Source: Lingula anatina
Taxonomy: Eukaryota > Animalia > Brachiopoda
Length of the DNA: 64,000 nucleotides
Assembly: GCA_051362555.1 (NCBI GenBank)
Contig: CM120640.1
Span: 45,238,788-45,302,787 of the forward strand
Reading direction: 5' to 3'
Numbering within the stretch: the stretch's first letter is position 1; each line of letters starts with the position of its first letter. The notes beneath the pieces were generated by a model. That model saw only the letters and a program-made list of their open reading frames with translations, was not told the origin of the DNA and searched no databases. The position numbers and the translations under genes were made by a program. Below, piece by piece: positions 63,321 to 64,000 of the stretch.

Positions 63321-64000
63321 ATTATGTCCATGCAGTATCGTGCACTTGTTTTCGTTTGTTACTTACCTTATCTATCAATCTATCTAGCTGGAGCGGAGTA
63401 GGGAGTGAGTTGTGAGTGCATCCTCACCACGCCTTTCTTTTAAGCCAATTTCATTGGATCCCCACTCGCCTCCTGCTAATCAAGAAGGGGTTGGACAGAG
63501 ACACTTACGCCCCAAAAAACTCTTGATGTATATTTTAAACAAAAATAATGTTATAAAAAATAACCTCTGGGAGGGAGGGGGTCATCTACAATGTCTGCAT
63601 TACTTTTATTTATTTAATATAATCTCTTTGATGCTTCTTTGCTTATTTTTGTTGCAAATCGTGCATTAGTAGGCCTACTATTATGTATAAATTAATTTGA
63701 TCAATTTCACAAATTAATATACTCAGTCACTGCTTGGTATTACAGGTAGACGACTTGGGAAAGCTAATTTCAGCCCGCCCAGGCAGTTCGCTCTTGGCAT
63801 ATTGTTCCATCTTCGTATCACTAATTGCTTTTTCAAACTAACTTATAAAGAAAATTCTGCTTATGTGCGGTTTTACTAGGAAGTGAAATATATATACAGT
63901 ATAGCCACTCCTTACTTTCTCAGTACAGTCCTACAGTTCCTTGTACGTGAGCCTCGGCATCTTTTTAACCTTAAAAATTCCCGCCGCTGATGTGCCCGTA

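Overview
AT-rich, intron-containing animal genomic DNA from an invertebrate bilaterian; the repeat families suggest a lophotrochozoan such as a mollusc (inference). Six spliced genes alternate in orientation: the 3' part of NudC (+), a RILP-like dynein adaptor/Rab effector (-), an ankyrin-repeat plus death-domain gene (+), a two-coding-exon CUB/Sushi single-pass receptor of about 1,780 aa (-), SKA3 (+) and malonyl-CoA decarboxylase MLYCD (-). The large MLYCD introns hold several non-autonomous Helentron-type (HINE/DINE-1-like) elements and MITEs. The most notable observations are: (i) three alternative terminal exons that swap the RILPL C-terminal amphipathic helix; (ii) MLYCD alternative first exons with or without a mitochondrial presequence, plus a PTS1-like SHL end followed by an in-frame degenerate duplicate; (iii) a SKA3 that carries a Ska1-like C-terminal winged-helix domain and a probable U12 intron; (iv) a CSMD/SEZ6-like receptor with an intronless ectodomain and a ~750-aa repeat-bearing disordered tail; (v) a Helentron-borne 146-bp satellite that places about a dozen extended DR1 nuclear-receptor sites inside MLYCD. 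Gene models were built by manual reading of splice sites and phases; no database searches were run.
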